From: a virus
Taxonomy: Duplodnaviria > Heunggongvirae > Uroviricota > Caudoviricetes
DNA length: 17,145 bases
Strand: one strand, 5' to 3'
IMG/VR virus record: IMGVR_UViG_2579778652_000002
Location: 1-17,145 of that record
Both the position numbers and the translations under genes were made by a program. The notes under the pieces were generated by a model. That model had not been told where the DNA came from, ran no database searches, and saw only the letters and a program-made list of their open reading frames with translations. Each line of letters starts with the position of its first letter. Positions within the stretch are counted from its first letter, which is position 1. Positions 1-8,622 of the stretch are shown in pieces.

Positions 1-452
1 TGCGCAACATCAGACCATTTGGTGATTGGAGTATTGGGGCTACCAAGTGACAACGCACCGTTATTCATCATGAAGTGAGCAAGCTCTGTTTCAAGGTCGG
101 TAACGATTCGCTGGCGAACCGGCGCGAGAATTTCCTCCAGTTGGTTAAGCTTGATCGCTTCCTCCAGTTGCTGATATTCAACAGCAACAGTGATGTAGTT
201 ACCTACACGCCCCGTAGCTTTACCTGAGATCAGGTTGTTTTTATTTTGCCCTGAAATATCACCAGTGGGAGTACGGAGGGATGAGAATTGATGCGGACGT
301 TTAAAGCTAACGCTATCGCCAGTGCTGGAGTTGATTTCACCTGCCAGCAACTGACGGTCTACGGTTTTCGCCAGAACTAAATCTGACATAAAACCAGGAA
401 GGAATTTTTTCAGAACGATTTGACTGACGTTACTGTCGAGATTGTTAGGCAT
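1..452 (-). CDS. Major capsid (coat) protein, 5' portion only; gene continues beyond window start
   Basis: Minus-strand ATG at 452..450 preceded by AAGGAA RBS; open frame runs off the window edge. Translation begins MPNNLDSNVSQIVLKKFLPGF. Lies immediately downstream of the scaffold gene in the P22/Sf6 head-gene order. Not in the ORF track because it is truncated. Confidence 0.75.
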   Translation of the reverse strand, partial: MPNNLDSNVSQIVLKKFLPGFMSDLVLAKTVDRQLLAGEINSSTGDSVSFKRPHQFSSLRTPTGDISGQNKNNLISGKATGRVGNYITVAVEYQQLEEAIKLNQLEEILAPVRQRIVTDLETELAHFMMNNGALSLGSPNTPITKWSDVA

Positions 453-463
453 TTATCTTTTCC

Positions 464-1348
464 TTATTCGATTTTTGCGCCGGGGCATAATTTGTTGAAT
501 TCGTCTTGTTTCGCATCAGCACCGCCACCACGTACTTCCGGCTCTGGCTTGATGGCTTTCTTTGGTTTTGGAGCAAGGCTTACCTGTTTGCTAATCTGCC
601 CCAAGAGGAATGCTGCGCGAATTGGATCTGTCTCAGCGGCTACACGCTGGCGTAATTGCTGGCTCTTACCTAAGCCATAGGCGAGTAGTTCAGAGCCTTC
701 GTCTGCACAGTGAATGATGATTTCCTGCTGAATTGGTGGTAGCTCACTAAGAACAATGGCCTCCATTTCCTGATAATCTTTCACAGGAAGTTTGGCTGCC
801 CGTTGTTTATGCGCTTCTACCCTTTGCTGGAAACGCTGTTGGTATTCCTGTTGCTGACGTAGTTTTTGTTGCTGCTGCTGTTCGACACGGCCTTTTTTCT
901 CATGCCAATCAGTCAATGCCTGTTCAAACGCCTGTTCGTCATAATCACACGACTCAAGAGTCGGTTTTGGTGGAATAGCGTCTGGTTGTGGTTGCTGATG
1001 TTCCGCAGGCTTGGCTAATGCTTCCTCAAGCTGGCGGCGCAACTCACGGTTTTCTTTCTGTGTTTCTTTGAAGCCTTTGCGAAGATCTTTCACCCATTGC
1101 GGTGCAGGTTGCCCGTCAATGTGATCATCATCGTCAGCGTTAAGCTGAATTTCTTCATCACCAATACGCAAGGCGTAATCTTCTGGTGTCTCTTCGGTTT
1201 TTTCAGGATCAGTTGCCATCTCTTTTCCGTTGTCATCCTGGCTTTCATTCTCAGGCTGTGACTCTGTTTGGATGATGGTTTCTTCTGCATTTTCCTGTGT
1301 TTCAGACAGGTCAATAACCTGACCGTCGATGATCAGTTCGTTTTCCAT
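464..1348 (-). CDS. Scaffolding protein
   Basis: 294-aa acidic, Q/E/K-rich, helical-looking protein between portal and coat; AGGAG RBS upstream of ATG at 1348; size and position match P22-like scaffold. Confidence 0.75.
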   Translation of the reverse strand: MENELIIDGQVIDLSETQENAEETIIQTESQPENESQDDNGKEMATDPEKTEETPEDYALRIGDEEIQLNADDDDHIDGQPAPQWVKDLRKGFKETQKENRELRRQLEEALAKPAEHQQPQPDAIPPKPTLESCDYDEQAFEQALTDWHEKKGRVEQQQQQKLRQQQEYQQRFQQRVEAHKQRAAKLPVKDYQEMEAIVLSELPPIQQEIIIHCADEGSELLAYGLGKSQQLRQRVAAETDPIRAAFLLGQISKQVSLAPKPKKAIKPEPEVRGGGADAKQDEFNKLCPGAKIE

Positions 1349-1361
1349 TGATTACTCCTGG

Positions 1362-3488
1362 TTAACTCGGCATTAAGTCTGCCGGAGACTGCGGTGGTGA
1401 CTGGAATTGCTGTTGTTGTGACTCGGCGACATCTTTCAGAAGGCGTATTGCCTCCATCACTGCTTTGTCATCGATGTTTCTGGCTTGAGCCAGTTTATAG
1501 ACAGTGTTTGCCTGACTCTCCATCGCATCCTGCTGGGCAGTAAATGCTTTGATTTGAGTTTGAGCAGTTTCGTTAGTTGCTTTTTGCGCTTCTGCCTGCG
1601 CTGCTACCATTTGCGCCTGAGCGAGAACCATTTCAGGATTTGGCTGGCTTTGTGCTGCCATTTGCGCCTGTTGAACAATCTGCTGCTCTTTCTCATTGCG
1701 TGGTTTTGCAATACCAGATATCAGCAGTTGGTTTCGGTTGTACTCTTTGAAGTCATCAAGGCCTTCGCCATCGATATTGTCCAGAATAATACCCTGAATT
1801 GCCGGGCGCATTGGGTCTGTTGGAAGCATAGAGCTAAGGACATTTGTCAGTACAGAAACCGTTGCATCACGTCGTGCTGTGTAGCTTGGTCCAACATCAA
1901 CCGTCACATCGTATCGACCGACAGAAAGGTCATTTAACGCAACAACAGCCCCTGTTTGCCTGTCAACAACCTGTGCGCTCAGGACAGCGATATCATCACT
2001 TCCATCTTCGTTAACGATGCGCACTTCACGCTCTGAACCGTACACTTCACGCGCCATTGACAGCCATACTTCACCAGCGCGTTTAAGACTTTTCGCCATA
2101 TTGTCCAGATAGATAAACGAAGCCATATCTGCTCTGTTCATCAAGTTGTTAACCGTTTCCTGAGCAATATTACTTGGCATCTGCTGCATGGCCTGACTGC
2201 CGCCTGTAACCTCCTGAATATCAGCACTGGTTTGCTGTAGTAATGCAGCCAATGCCTGATTCATAACCGCAGGCTGTGTATATCCTGCCGGGGTAGCTCC
2301 AGCGATAATGTTGCCAGATTTATCTCTCACTTCGCGCAACGGCAAGAACGCTGGTCGTTTCTTGTTGCGAGCCTCCCAGTGCTTCTCAAGTCCACGAATT
2401 TGCTCCATGCCAACTATAGGGATCTGACCGGGGTCTTGCGCTGCAGTATCAGCCAGCATTGAAACCTGAAGGTTGTACAAACGCTGTGGATCCATTGCTT
2501 TTGCAATGTGCCCTTCGACACGCTCAATGTCATCAATGAACCAGCGTTTTCCATAAACCGGGATGAGGGGGATATGCTCACCAGGAATACGTCGAGGTTT
2601 CTCAAGGAAACCATCACCATCCACTACGGATACATACACCCGACGGCGCTTCACTGAGCGCCTTGCCACTTCCTGAAATCCAGCTATTGCCAGTTCATCT
2701 TCAATATCTTCGACCTGATCACTGTCGTATGTTGCAATCTCTCCAGTGATTTGATGTCGATAACTGATAACATCAACAGACTCTTTACGAACTTCGTAAT
2801 ACTTCGCTATGTAAATAACATCTTCATCAAACCAGTCATATTCCCAACTGGTCATAGACGTTACGTCCAGAGAAGCAGGAGGTTTCTTTCCGTATTCAGC
2901 CTCATATTTTTCAGGTGACAACGAATACATGCAGAACGCCCACAACGCGTCAGATTTGTCGTACTTCTTAGCGTCAGGGTCAAACCACACGGAGCGCGAC
3001 GGGTCGTATATTGGTTCAATAGCAATACGCTGACGATCGTCCATGGGGTCGTATTCATTGACCAGCATCGACGTCAAACGGAAGCAACCGAAACCACCAG
3101 TAGCAGCGTCGTCAAATGCATTATCGCAAGCCTCACCGCCATCAGTTTCTTCGTAGTCAGCACGGAACAGACCATTTAATTTATTGGCTAACTCTTCGCT
3201 TGCCTCTCTGTCACCAGGACGAAACTTAACGGTGATTCTGTTATTGCGGTATTCTGCAATGATGCGGTTAAGTTCAGTTGCTACCTTATTGATTTCAAAC
3301 TTAGGATACTTCTCTAACTGCTCATCAAGCTTAGTTCCAGCCGCCGTTGCTCCTTCCCATTGACCTCCGGGGACACGAGCAAACCTCGTAGCTTCAATGC
3401 ACTTTTCGCGCACTTCCTTCTGTGGAGAATAGGCGCGGTCAAACCTGAGCATGATCCGCTCATGTTTTTTCTCTAATGTCTCTGCCAT
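1362..3488 (-). CDS. Portal protein (P22/Sf6-type)
   Basis: About 708 aa with P22 portal-like motifs (VKRRRVY, GEHIPLIPV). Track ORF starts at a TTG at 3497; I prefer the in-frame ATG at 3488, 2 nt after the terminase stop. Confidence 0.85.
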   Translation of the reverse strand: MAETLEKKHERIMLRFDRAYSPQKEVREKCIEATRFARVPGGQWEGATAAGTKLDEQLEKYPKFEINKVATELNRIIAEYRNNRITVKFRPGDREASEELANKLNGLFRADYEETDGGEACDNAFDDAATGGFGCFRLTSMLVNEYDPMDDRQRIAIEPIYDPSRSVWFDPDAKKYDKSDALWAFCMYSLSPEKYEAEYGKKPPASLDVTSMTSWEYDWFDEDVIYIAKYYEVRKESVDVISYRHQITGEIATYDSDQVEDIEDELAIAGFQEVARRSVKRRRVYVSVVDGDGFLEKPRRIPGEHIPLIPVYGKRWFIDDIERVEGHIAKAMDPQRLYNLQVSMLADTAAQDPGQIPIVGMEQIRGLEKHWEARNKKRPAFLPLREVRDKSGNIIAGATPAGYTQPAVMNQALAALLQQTSADIQEVTGGSQAMQQMPSNIAQETVNNLMNRADMASFIYLDNMAKSLKRAGEVWLSMAREVYGSEREVRIVNEDGSDDIAVLSAQVVDRQTGAVVALNDLSVGRYDVTVDVGPSYTARRDATVSVLTNVLSSMLPTDPMRPAIQGIILDNIDGEGLDDFKEYNRNQLLISGIAKPRNEKEQQIVQQAQMAAQSQPNPEMVLAQAQMVAAQAEAQKATNETAQTQIKAFTAQQDAMESQANTVYKLAQARNIDDKAVMEAIRLLKDVAESQQQQFQSPPQSPADLMPS

Positions 3489-3490
3489 GT

Positions 3491-4903
3491 TTACCAACCG
3501 GAGGATGAGGGAACGTATATTTCAGTTTCTTCGCGGACCAATGCCGGGCAATGCATACACATCATCAGCGCATCAGCCAGGTTAGGAGATGGAATACCGA
3601 GCTTCTGCTTCATTTCGACCTTAGTCATTAGCTCCAGCTTCCCGTTGTTATTGAATTTGCGCTGAATCTGCGTCAGTTCTGCAAACAGCTTCTCCAGCAT
3701 CTTCTCGCCTATCGCTTCTTTGTCGAAACTCAGCATGTCGTCTGGGTCTGCATACTCACCGTAAACAACCGCCCGATATGTCAGATACAGCCTGTCAGCC
3801 AGCGCGTAATAGAATTGCGCTCGCTTATTGCGGAACACATCACCAATAGTGCGAACGTTGTCGCCCTGTACGACTTCATCAGCCCATGCTCCGGCCTGAT
3901 ACGGCGCATCTTCATCGAATGGCGATTCACTGCCCTTGAACATCGTGGCGGTGATTTTCTTGCCGGAGAACGCTTCCGTTGTCTGTCTGCGTAGGCCCGC
4001 ACCGACGCCATCACCATCCCACAGGTAATGGTCAGCGCCGTCTTCAATCGCCAGCGAAGTAGCCCAGTCAGCACCCTCGTTGATGTCCATCAGCAGACCT
4101 TCGGCAATGCGCTTAACTACCGAACCGTGACGCGATGCGTAACCTTTAGCATCCGGTCCTGTATCTGACGGGTCATGCGCAGAGACAACCGCACCTTTCG
4201 CTTTCCATCCGAGTTTCTTGTGCGCATCGGTTGCAGCTTCAAGCCATTCACGTTTGATGATTGCCATATCACTTGCGCTCACTGGCTCACCAAGCCAGAT
4301 GTGACGATACAGTGTCGGATTTCTGCGTTTACACTCTTCCATCTCCAGACGGAGAACTTCAGGAAAATGCGGGTTGTCGGTGTAGTTCACCGTCAGCAGG
4401 CAAATATCATCAGGAGGATTTACGACGAACCGCTGATAGGTATCGTCGAGGATGTTTTTCGGGTTGAAGCTCACCCATATTTCGGAAAACGGCTTGCGGA
4501 TGGTTGGTATCAGGATGTCCCATGATTCCTTCGTTACCGCTTCCGCTTCTTCCACCCAGCAAATATCAATACCTTCGAGCGATTTAATCTTCGTCGGGTT
4601 GTTTTTTATGCCGTAGAACATGAATTCAGCATTCGTTCCGAGATGACGAATCATTGAACGTTGAATTTCAAACTCAGCCGAATACCCTTCCCGCTCGATG
4701 GTGTCTTCAAGCAACCGGATTACCGAATCACTGATACTGTTTTGCAGCTCGCGAGCGCAGAGAATACGCACCGGCTGCCGACGCGCCGCTTCAACAAGCA
4801 GCCTCGCAATTGCCCATGATTTACCGCTACCTCGACCGCCTTTGGCGACTTTGTAGCGATGCGCCTCAATGAACGGTTCAAAGATAGGATTAATCGAGGT
4901 CAT
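3491..4903 (-). CDS. Terminase large subunit (ATPase/nuclease)
   Basis: 470 aa; Walker A GGRGSGKS near N-terminus; start overlaps small terminase stop (ATGA); directly upstream of portal. Confidence 0.9.
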   Translation of the reverse strand: MTSINPIFEPFIEAHRYKVAKGGRGSGKSWAIARLLVEAARRQPVRILCARELQNSISDSVIRLLEDTIEREGYSAEFEIQRSMIRHLGTNAEFMFYGIKNNPTKIKSLEGIDICWVEEAEAVTKESWDILIPTIRKPFSEIWVSFNPKNILDDTYQRFVVNPPDDICLLTVNYTDNPHFPEVLRLEMEECKRRNPTLYRHIWLGEPVSASDMAIIKREWLEAATDAHKKLGWKAKGAVVSAHDPSDTGPDAKGYASRHGSVVKRIAEGLLMDINEGADWATSLAIEDGADHYLWDGDGVGAGLRRQTTEAFSGKKITATMFKGSESPFDEDAPYQAGAWADEVVQGDNVRTIGDVFRNKRAQFYYALADRLYLTYRAVVYGEYADPDDMLSFDKEAIGEKMLEKLFAELTQIQRKFNNNGKLELMTKVEMKQKLGIPSPNLADALMMCMHCPALVREETEIYVPSSSGW

Positions 4904-5340
4904 TTTCCGAATAGAGTGCTCATCGGTGATGTTTCAATCTGGATTGCGCCGCCGTCTTTACCTGTTAACTCGTGATCAACCTTGTCGCGCCATTTATCCT
5001 TCTGTCGGTTCTTAAGCCAGAAGATGGCAGCTGTTGTATCAGGCGGGTAATACTTCTCAAGCGGAGTTTCGACAATTCTGTTTTCAATAACACGAATATC
5101 GATGTCTGGAGCCACAAAGCCCATAGCGCGTTGATAAAGACGGTCACTAACTTCTGCATCAGCGACGGCCTTACCCTTTTTTATGGACTCCGAAAACTTA
5201 GGATAATCAAGCTTCCACTTGTTAATAGTTGACTCACTGACTTCAAAGAAATCAGCAAGTTCTGCATCGGTGTAGCCCAGCAAGCACAGTTTGCGTGCCT
5301 GTTCGGCATACGCCTCTTGATACTTTGTTGGGCGCGCCAT
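4900..5340 (-). CDS. Terminase small subunit
   Basis: 146 aa with N-terminal HTH-like segment (LGYTDAELADFFEVSESTINKW); immediately upstream of and overlapping the large terminase. Confidence 0.8.
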   Translation of the reverse strand: MARPTKYQEAYAEQARKLCLLGYTDAELADFFEVSESTINKWKLDYPKFSESIKKGKAVADAEVSDRLYQRAMGFVAPDIDIRVIENRIVETPLEKYYPPDTTAAIFWLKNRQKDKWRDKVDHELTGKDGGAIQIETSPMSTLFGK

Positions 5341-5342
5341 GT

Positions 5343-5585
5343 TTATGCTCCGGTAGTGAACAGGTCTAACGCTTCCTTCGATTTACGCACCGCTTCGATT
5401 GTGCGGGTCGTGATATCCGAATTAGCGCCGCCTGACTGGAAGTGAATTTTGAATAGCTCAAGCTTCAACTCGTCAGTACCAATGAACTGAAATGCTTCTT
5501 CTGCGGCTGCGTTCTGGTTCATGACCAGCTTGTAAATCTCTAACTGGAATTTCTGTTCTTCAGTCATGGGAATAATCTCTGCCAT
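5343..5585 (-). CDS. Hypothetical 80-aa acidic protein (P22 orf80-like position, directly upstream of small terminase)
   Basis: GGAG RBS 8 nt upstream of ATG at 5585; stop abuts small terminase start; no recognisable domain. Confidence 0.55.
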   Translation of the reverse strand: MAEIIPMTEEQKFQLEIYKLVMNQNAAAEEAFQFIGTDELKLELFKIHFQSGGANSDITTRTIEAVRKSKEALDLFTTGA

Positions 5586-5604
5586 TGTTGGCTCCGTTTA
5601 TCCG

Positions 5605-5635
5605 TTAAAAGGGATATCAGTTAAGTTATCCCGTG
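5605..5635 (-). terminator. Possible weak intrinsic terminator downstream of the KilA-N gene
   Basis: Inverted repeat GGGATA(5611-5616)/TATCCC(5627-5632) with 10-nt loop; on the minus strand it is followed by only a short T-run (CTTTTAA). Confidence 0.3.
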
Positions 5636-5841
5636 TAGGGTATAAGCCATTGTCGAGACCACTCATTGAATGGTCTCTGCAATAACCGATGTCTTTCCAT
5701 CAGTCCGCCACCACAAAGAATCTTTTTTGCCATAAGGCAGGAGGTTCATCTTTCAGTGGCTGCCAGTGTTATTTCCCCACTTACTGGCTTGGGTTGTTTC
5801 GCGGTACTGCCGTAATGCAAAAACTGGATTAACCTGCGAAA

Positions 5842-6372
5842 TCACACCATTCCGGGCAAATACATTTGCACTTCATTTGCCACTCTCTCACGTGCAAAAT
5901 GAAGCAATCTTTTTCGCCCACCAACGCCCCACTTAGCCATTTGGCTTGCGCACTGGCTTATCGCTTTGGTTTCAGTATTGATGATGTGATCGATTCTATT
6001 CAGACGGGACATTGCGCCAACGCCGAGACGGACAACCGTTTTGAAAACTTCATAAACTTCGATTTCAAATTCCGGCTTAATCCATGCTGCATATCTGATT
6101 GCCAGAAGTTCAACACCCCACACACCTGGTTCTGCACCACCTTTGATTATTTTAAGTGGTTGAATTTGTTCCAAAGTGCTTTTTTGCACTTTGGCCTCCA
6201 GTGCTTTTATGAAGCGTTTTATCTGCGCGCTACGCAAAAACTGGCTTGGGCGCTGTTGCTCTGTAGCCTCTCCATTTGCAACTGCTGCTGCATGGAGATC
6301 GTTTAAGTTGTAGCGTCCATCCTCATCAACACGAACGGACACACCATTGACAATAACTGTTGGGTACTTCAT
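5842..6372 (-). CDS. KilA-N domain protein
   Basis: 176 aa; N-terminus VIVNGVSVRVDEDGRYNLNDLHAAA ... LLAIRYAAWIKPEFEIEV fits the KilA-N pattern as I recall it. Flanked by about 255 bp and 345 bp of non-coding DNA. Confidence 0.7.
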   Translation of the reverse strand: MKYPTVIVNGVSVRVDEDGRYNLNDLHAAAVANGEATEQQRPSQFLRSAQIKRFIKALEAKVQKSTLEQIQPLKIIKGGAEPGVWGVELLAIRYAAWIKPEFEIEVYEVFKTVVRLGVGAMSRLNRIDHIINTETKAISQCASQMAKWGVGGRKRLLHFARERVANEVQMYLPGMV

Positions 6373-6488
6373 CAGTGATTACCTTTTAGTGATGAACCTT
6401 GTCACACAGGATTCCGGCCCACAGAAAGGCACCGATCACCAAACCGGCATCCTCAAGGGTCATCCTGAAAGGTTCTGTGTTCAGAAGT

Positions 6489-6512
6489 CGCGCGTGTGAA
6501 GCGCGTTTGTTG
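6489..6512 (+). terminator. Possible plus-strand hairpin terminator (weak)
   Basis: CGCGC-gtgtgaa-GCGCG followed by TTTGTTG; back-to-back with the minus-strand terminator at 6517-6542. Confidence 0.3.
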
Positions 6513-6516
6513 CAGA

Positions 6517-6542
6517 TATAAAAAAGCCCCGCGAATGCGAGG
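6517..6542 (-). terminator. Intrinsic terminator downstream of the lysis cassette
   Basis: On the minus strand: GCCUCGC-AUUC-GCGGGGC (7-bp stem with one G-U) followed by UUUUUUAU. Confidence 0.6.
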
Positions 6543-6717
6543 CTAAATCCTGGTATTTGTAATGACTGGCTCTTATCTCAACGCAGCCCCTTACCGCGCG
6601 CCAGATGCTCAATATCAAGCATCAGCAATGAGATGTTTAATCTGGATTCACTCCAGAAGTGATCACCACCCTGCCTACAGAGCCAGATGTGAAGGATGAT
6701 GAGTAAAATTATCGCTA

Positions 6718-7185
6718 TCATCGAAGGCATTGCGTCCTGATGTATTCCTGAAGCGTTCTCAGTGCTGTTTGGTCGCGGATAATTCCGTCCCGGACACCGA
6801 GAACGTTTCGTCCAGCAACTGGAGAGAGTTCGACGGTGGCATCATTGCCCATGCCGGAGGCGCCGGAGGTTTCGGCTGAGGATGGCACAGGGCATTTTCC
6901 TTTGACGAGCACCCTGCCACCATTATCAAGCTTGCGCCGAAGAGCATCATTTTTAGCTTTCGCATCAGCTAACTCCTTCGTGTATTTAGCATCGAGTGCA
7001 TCAGCAGAACGCTGGCGCTGCTGCATGTCAGTAATGGTGGCGGTCGCCTGCTTCAGCTCACTGACTTTTTTATCTCGCTGTTCTTTGTAGGCGATGGCGT
7101 TATCACGGTAATGATTAACAGCCCATGACAGGCAGACGATGATGCAGATAACCAGAGCGGAGATAATCGCGGTTAACCGACTCAT
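6718..7185 (-). CDS. Rz: Rz i-spanin
   Basis: Begins [31 protein letters not shown], closely resembling lambda Rz; N-terminal TM then coiled-coil region. Track ORF extends upstream to 7314, but the conserved Met at 7185 is the likely start. Confidence 0.85.
   Translation of the reverse strand: MSRLTAIISALVICIIVCLSWAVNHYRDNAIAYKEQRDKKVSELKQATATITDMQQRQRSADALDAKYTKELADAKAKNDALRRKLDNGGRVLVKGKCPVPSSAETSGASGMGNDATVELSPVAGRNVLGVRDGIIRDQTALRTLQEYIRTQCLR
6759..6965 (-). CDS. Rz1: Rz1 o-spanin lipoprotein, embedded in the +1 frame of Rz
   Basis: [19 protein letters not shown] lipobox followed by a proline-rich segment ([11 protein letters not shown]), like lambda Rz1; entirely nested in Rz. Confidence 0.75.
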   Translation of the reverse strand: MRKLKMMLFGASLIMVAGCSSKENALCHPQPKPPAPPAWAMMPPSNSLQLLDETFSVSGTELSATKQH

Positions 7186-7273
7186 GACATCAACACCCCA
7201 ACGGCCAGAAACCACGGACACGCATCGTTGCCATTCAATGCGAGCAACGCTGCCATGAAAAAGCAAATCATGC

Positions 7274-7777
7274 TCATTGTTGCCCCCACAAACAGACTTC
7301 ACGCTCAATCTCACGACGGGTCATCAGCCCTTTCCATTGCTTACCGCCAGCGTATGTCCAGCGCCGTAGCTGATCACATGCGCCCTTGATATCGCCCTGG
7401 TTTATTTTGCGAAGAAGCGTCGATGTTCTGAAATTGCCTGTGCCCACGTTATAGACGAACGAGTAAAGAGCGCCGCGCGTTGTTTCCGGTATATCGACTT
7501 TGATGTACGGGTTAATTTGTCTGGCGACCGTGGCAAGGTCTTTATTCAGGAGGGCTTTGCATTCTGCTTCGGTATACGTTTTACCGAGCATGATGTCTTT
7601 TCCGGTGTGTCCGTGGCATACAGTCCATACACCAACAATATCTTTGTATGGTATGTAGCTGACACCTTCCAGACCATCGTTACCACTTGGTCCAGTGATT
7701 AACACAGATGCTATAGCAATAGCCCCACCACTTATCGCCGCTATTACGCTATTTCGTAGTGCCGGTGACATTGCCAT
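7274..7777 (-). CDS. SAR endolysin (T4-lysozyme family, P21 R-like)
   Basis: N-terminal Gly/Ala-rich weakly hydrophobic SAR segment ([19 protein letters not shown]) then an E...D...T lysozyme motif ([19 protein letters not shown]); overlaps the holin 3' end. Confidence 0.85.
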   Translation of the reverse strand: MAMSPALRNSVIAAISGGAIAIASVLITGPSGNDGLEGVSYIPYKDIVGVWTVCHGHTGKDIMLGKTYTEAECKALLNKDLATVARQINPYIKVDIPETTRGALYSFVYNVGTGNFRTSTLLRKINQGDIKGACDQLRRWTYAGGKQWKGLMTRREIEREVCLWGQQ

Positions 7778-7952
7778 TCAATCTGTCCTCGCGCTCTTTG
7801 CGCTTGTAGTACCAGTTGATGCCAAATGTGCCGACAGTACAAAGAATACCAATGATGACAGCCCAGTCATTCAGGGAGAGAATGCCACCCATCGCAGTCA
7901 GTCCTCCGAAGCTGTAACTGAACCATTCTCTTATTTTGTCCATACGGTACAT
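7749..7952 (-). CDS. Class II holin (pinholin-type) with dual-start motif
   Basis: 67 aa with two predicted TM segments and a charged C-terminus; starts MYRMDK (two Mets separated by Arg, resembling the lambda S antiholin/holin dual start); paired with a SAR endolysin. Confidence 0.7.
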   Translation of the reverse strand: MYRMDKIREWFSYSFGGLTAMGGILSLNDWAVIIGILCTVGTFGINWYYKRKEREDRLNGNVTGTTK

Positions 7953-8350
7953 GCTCTACCCCTTCATTGAGGGGATTTGCTCTATTTAATTAGGAATAAG
8001 GTCGATTACTGATAGAACAAATCCAGGCTACTGTGTTTAGTAATCAGATTTGTTCGTGACCGATATGCACGGGCAAAACGGCAGGAGGTTGTTAGCGCGA
8101 CCTCCTGCCACCCGCTTTCACGAAGATCATGTGTAGAAGGCCGCAGCGTAACTATCACTGATGAATTCAGGATAGCCAGTGGCTACGGCTCAGTTTAGGT
8201 TGTGCTGTTGCTGGGCGGCGATGACGCCTGTACGCATTTGGTGATCCGGTTCTGCTTCCGGCATTCGCTTAATTCAGCACAACGATAAGAGCACTCGGTG
8301 CATTTAAGCCAAGCCCCATAAGGGAGAATGCTCTTACCTGTTGCACAGAT

Positions 8351-8410
8351 ATAAAAAATCCCGAAACCGTTATGCAGGCTCTAACTATTACCTGCGAACT
8401 GTTTCGGGAT
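8351..8410 (-). terminator. tR' late terminator (lambda-like)
   Basis: Minus-strand AUCCCGAAAC...GUUUCGGGAU hairpin followed by UUUUUUAU, matching the lambda tR' sequence as I recall it. Confidence 0.8.
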
Positions 8411-8545
8411 TGCATTTTGCAGACCTCTCAGCCTGCGATGGTTGGAGTTCCAGACGATACGTCGAAGTGACCAACTAGGCGGAATCGGTAGTAAGCGCCG
8501 CCTCTTTTTATCTCACTACCACAACGAGCGAATTAACCCATCGTT
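8353..8545 (-). ncRNA. Short late leader transcript from pR' to tR' (lambda 6S RNA analogue)
   Basis: About 193 nt between the predicted pR' start site and the tR' T-run, equal to the roughly 194-nt lambda 6S transcript; sequence is near-identical to lambda from memory. Confidence 0.6.
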
Positions 8546-8580
8546 GGGTCAAATTTACCCAACTTTATTCAAAAAGTCAA
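8540..8580 (-). promoter_or_regulatory. Late promoter pR' with qut (Q-utilisation) region
   Basis: Minus strand: -35 TTGACT (8580..8575), 17-bp spacer, -10 TAAATT (8557..8552), directly downstream of Q; matches lambda pR'. Confidence 0.8.
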
Positions 8581-8622
8581 TATCATGCCGTTAATATGTT
8601 GCCATCCGTGGCAATCATGCTG

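Noticed and set aside
1485-1937. 150-aa plus-strand ORF
   Set aside because: Lies entirely antisense within the portal gene; low-complexity, Leu/Cys/Arg-rich, no RBS. Typical shadow ORF.
4175-4525. 116-aa and 68-aa plus-strand ORFs
   Set aside because: Antisense within the large terminase gene; no independent support.
5866-6306. 146-aa plus-strand ORF
   Set aside because: Antisense to the well-supported KilA-N gene; Cys/Phe-rich shadow frame.
6836-7090. 84-aa plus-strand ORF
   Set aside because: Antisense within Rz/Rz1; no RBS and no recognisable features.
7186-7314. Upstream extension of the Rz ORF (track start at 7314)
   Set aside because: The extension overlaps the endolysin 3' end and lacks the conserved Rz N-terminus; the Met at 7185 matches the lambda Rz start.
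8083-8112. Perfect 10-bp inverted repeat GGCAGGAGGT...ACCTCCTGCC upstream of the holin
   Set aside because: Part of the lambda-identical segment between tR' and the lysis genes; only a short U-run follows on the minus strand, so I did not call it as a separate terminator.
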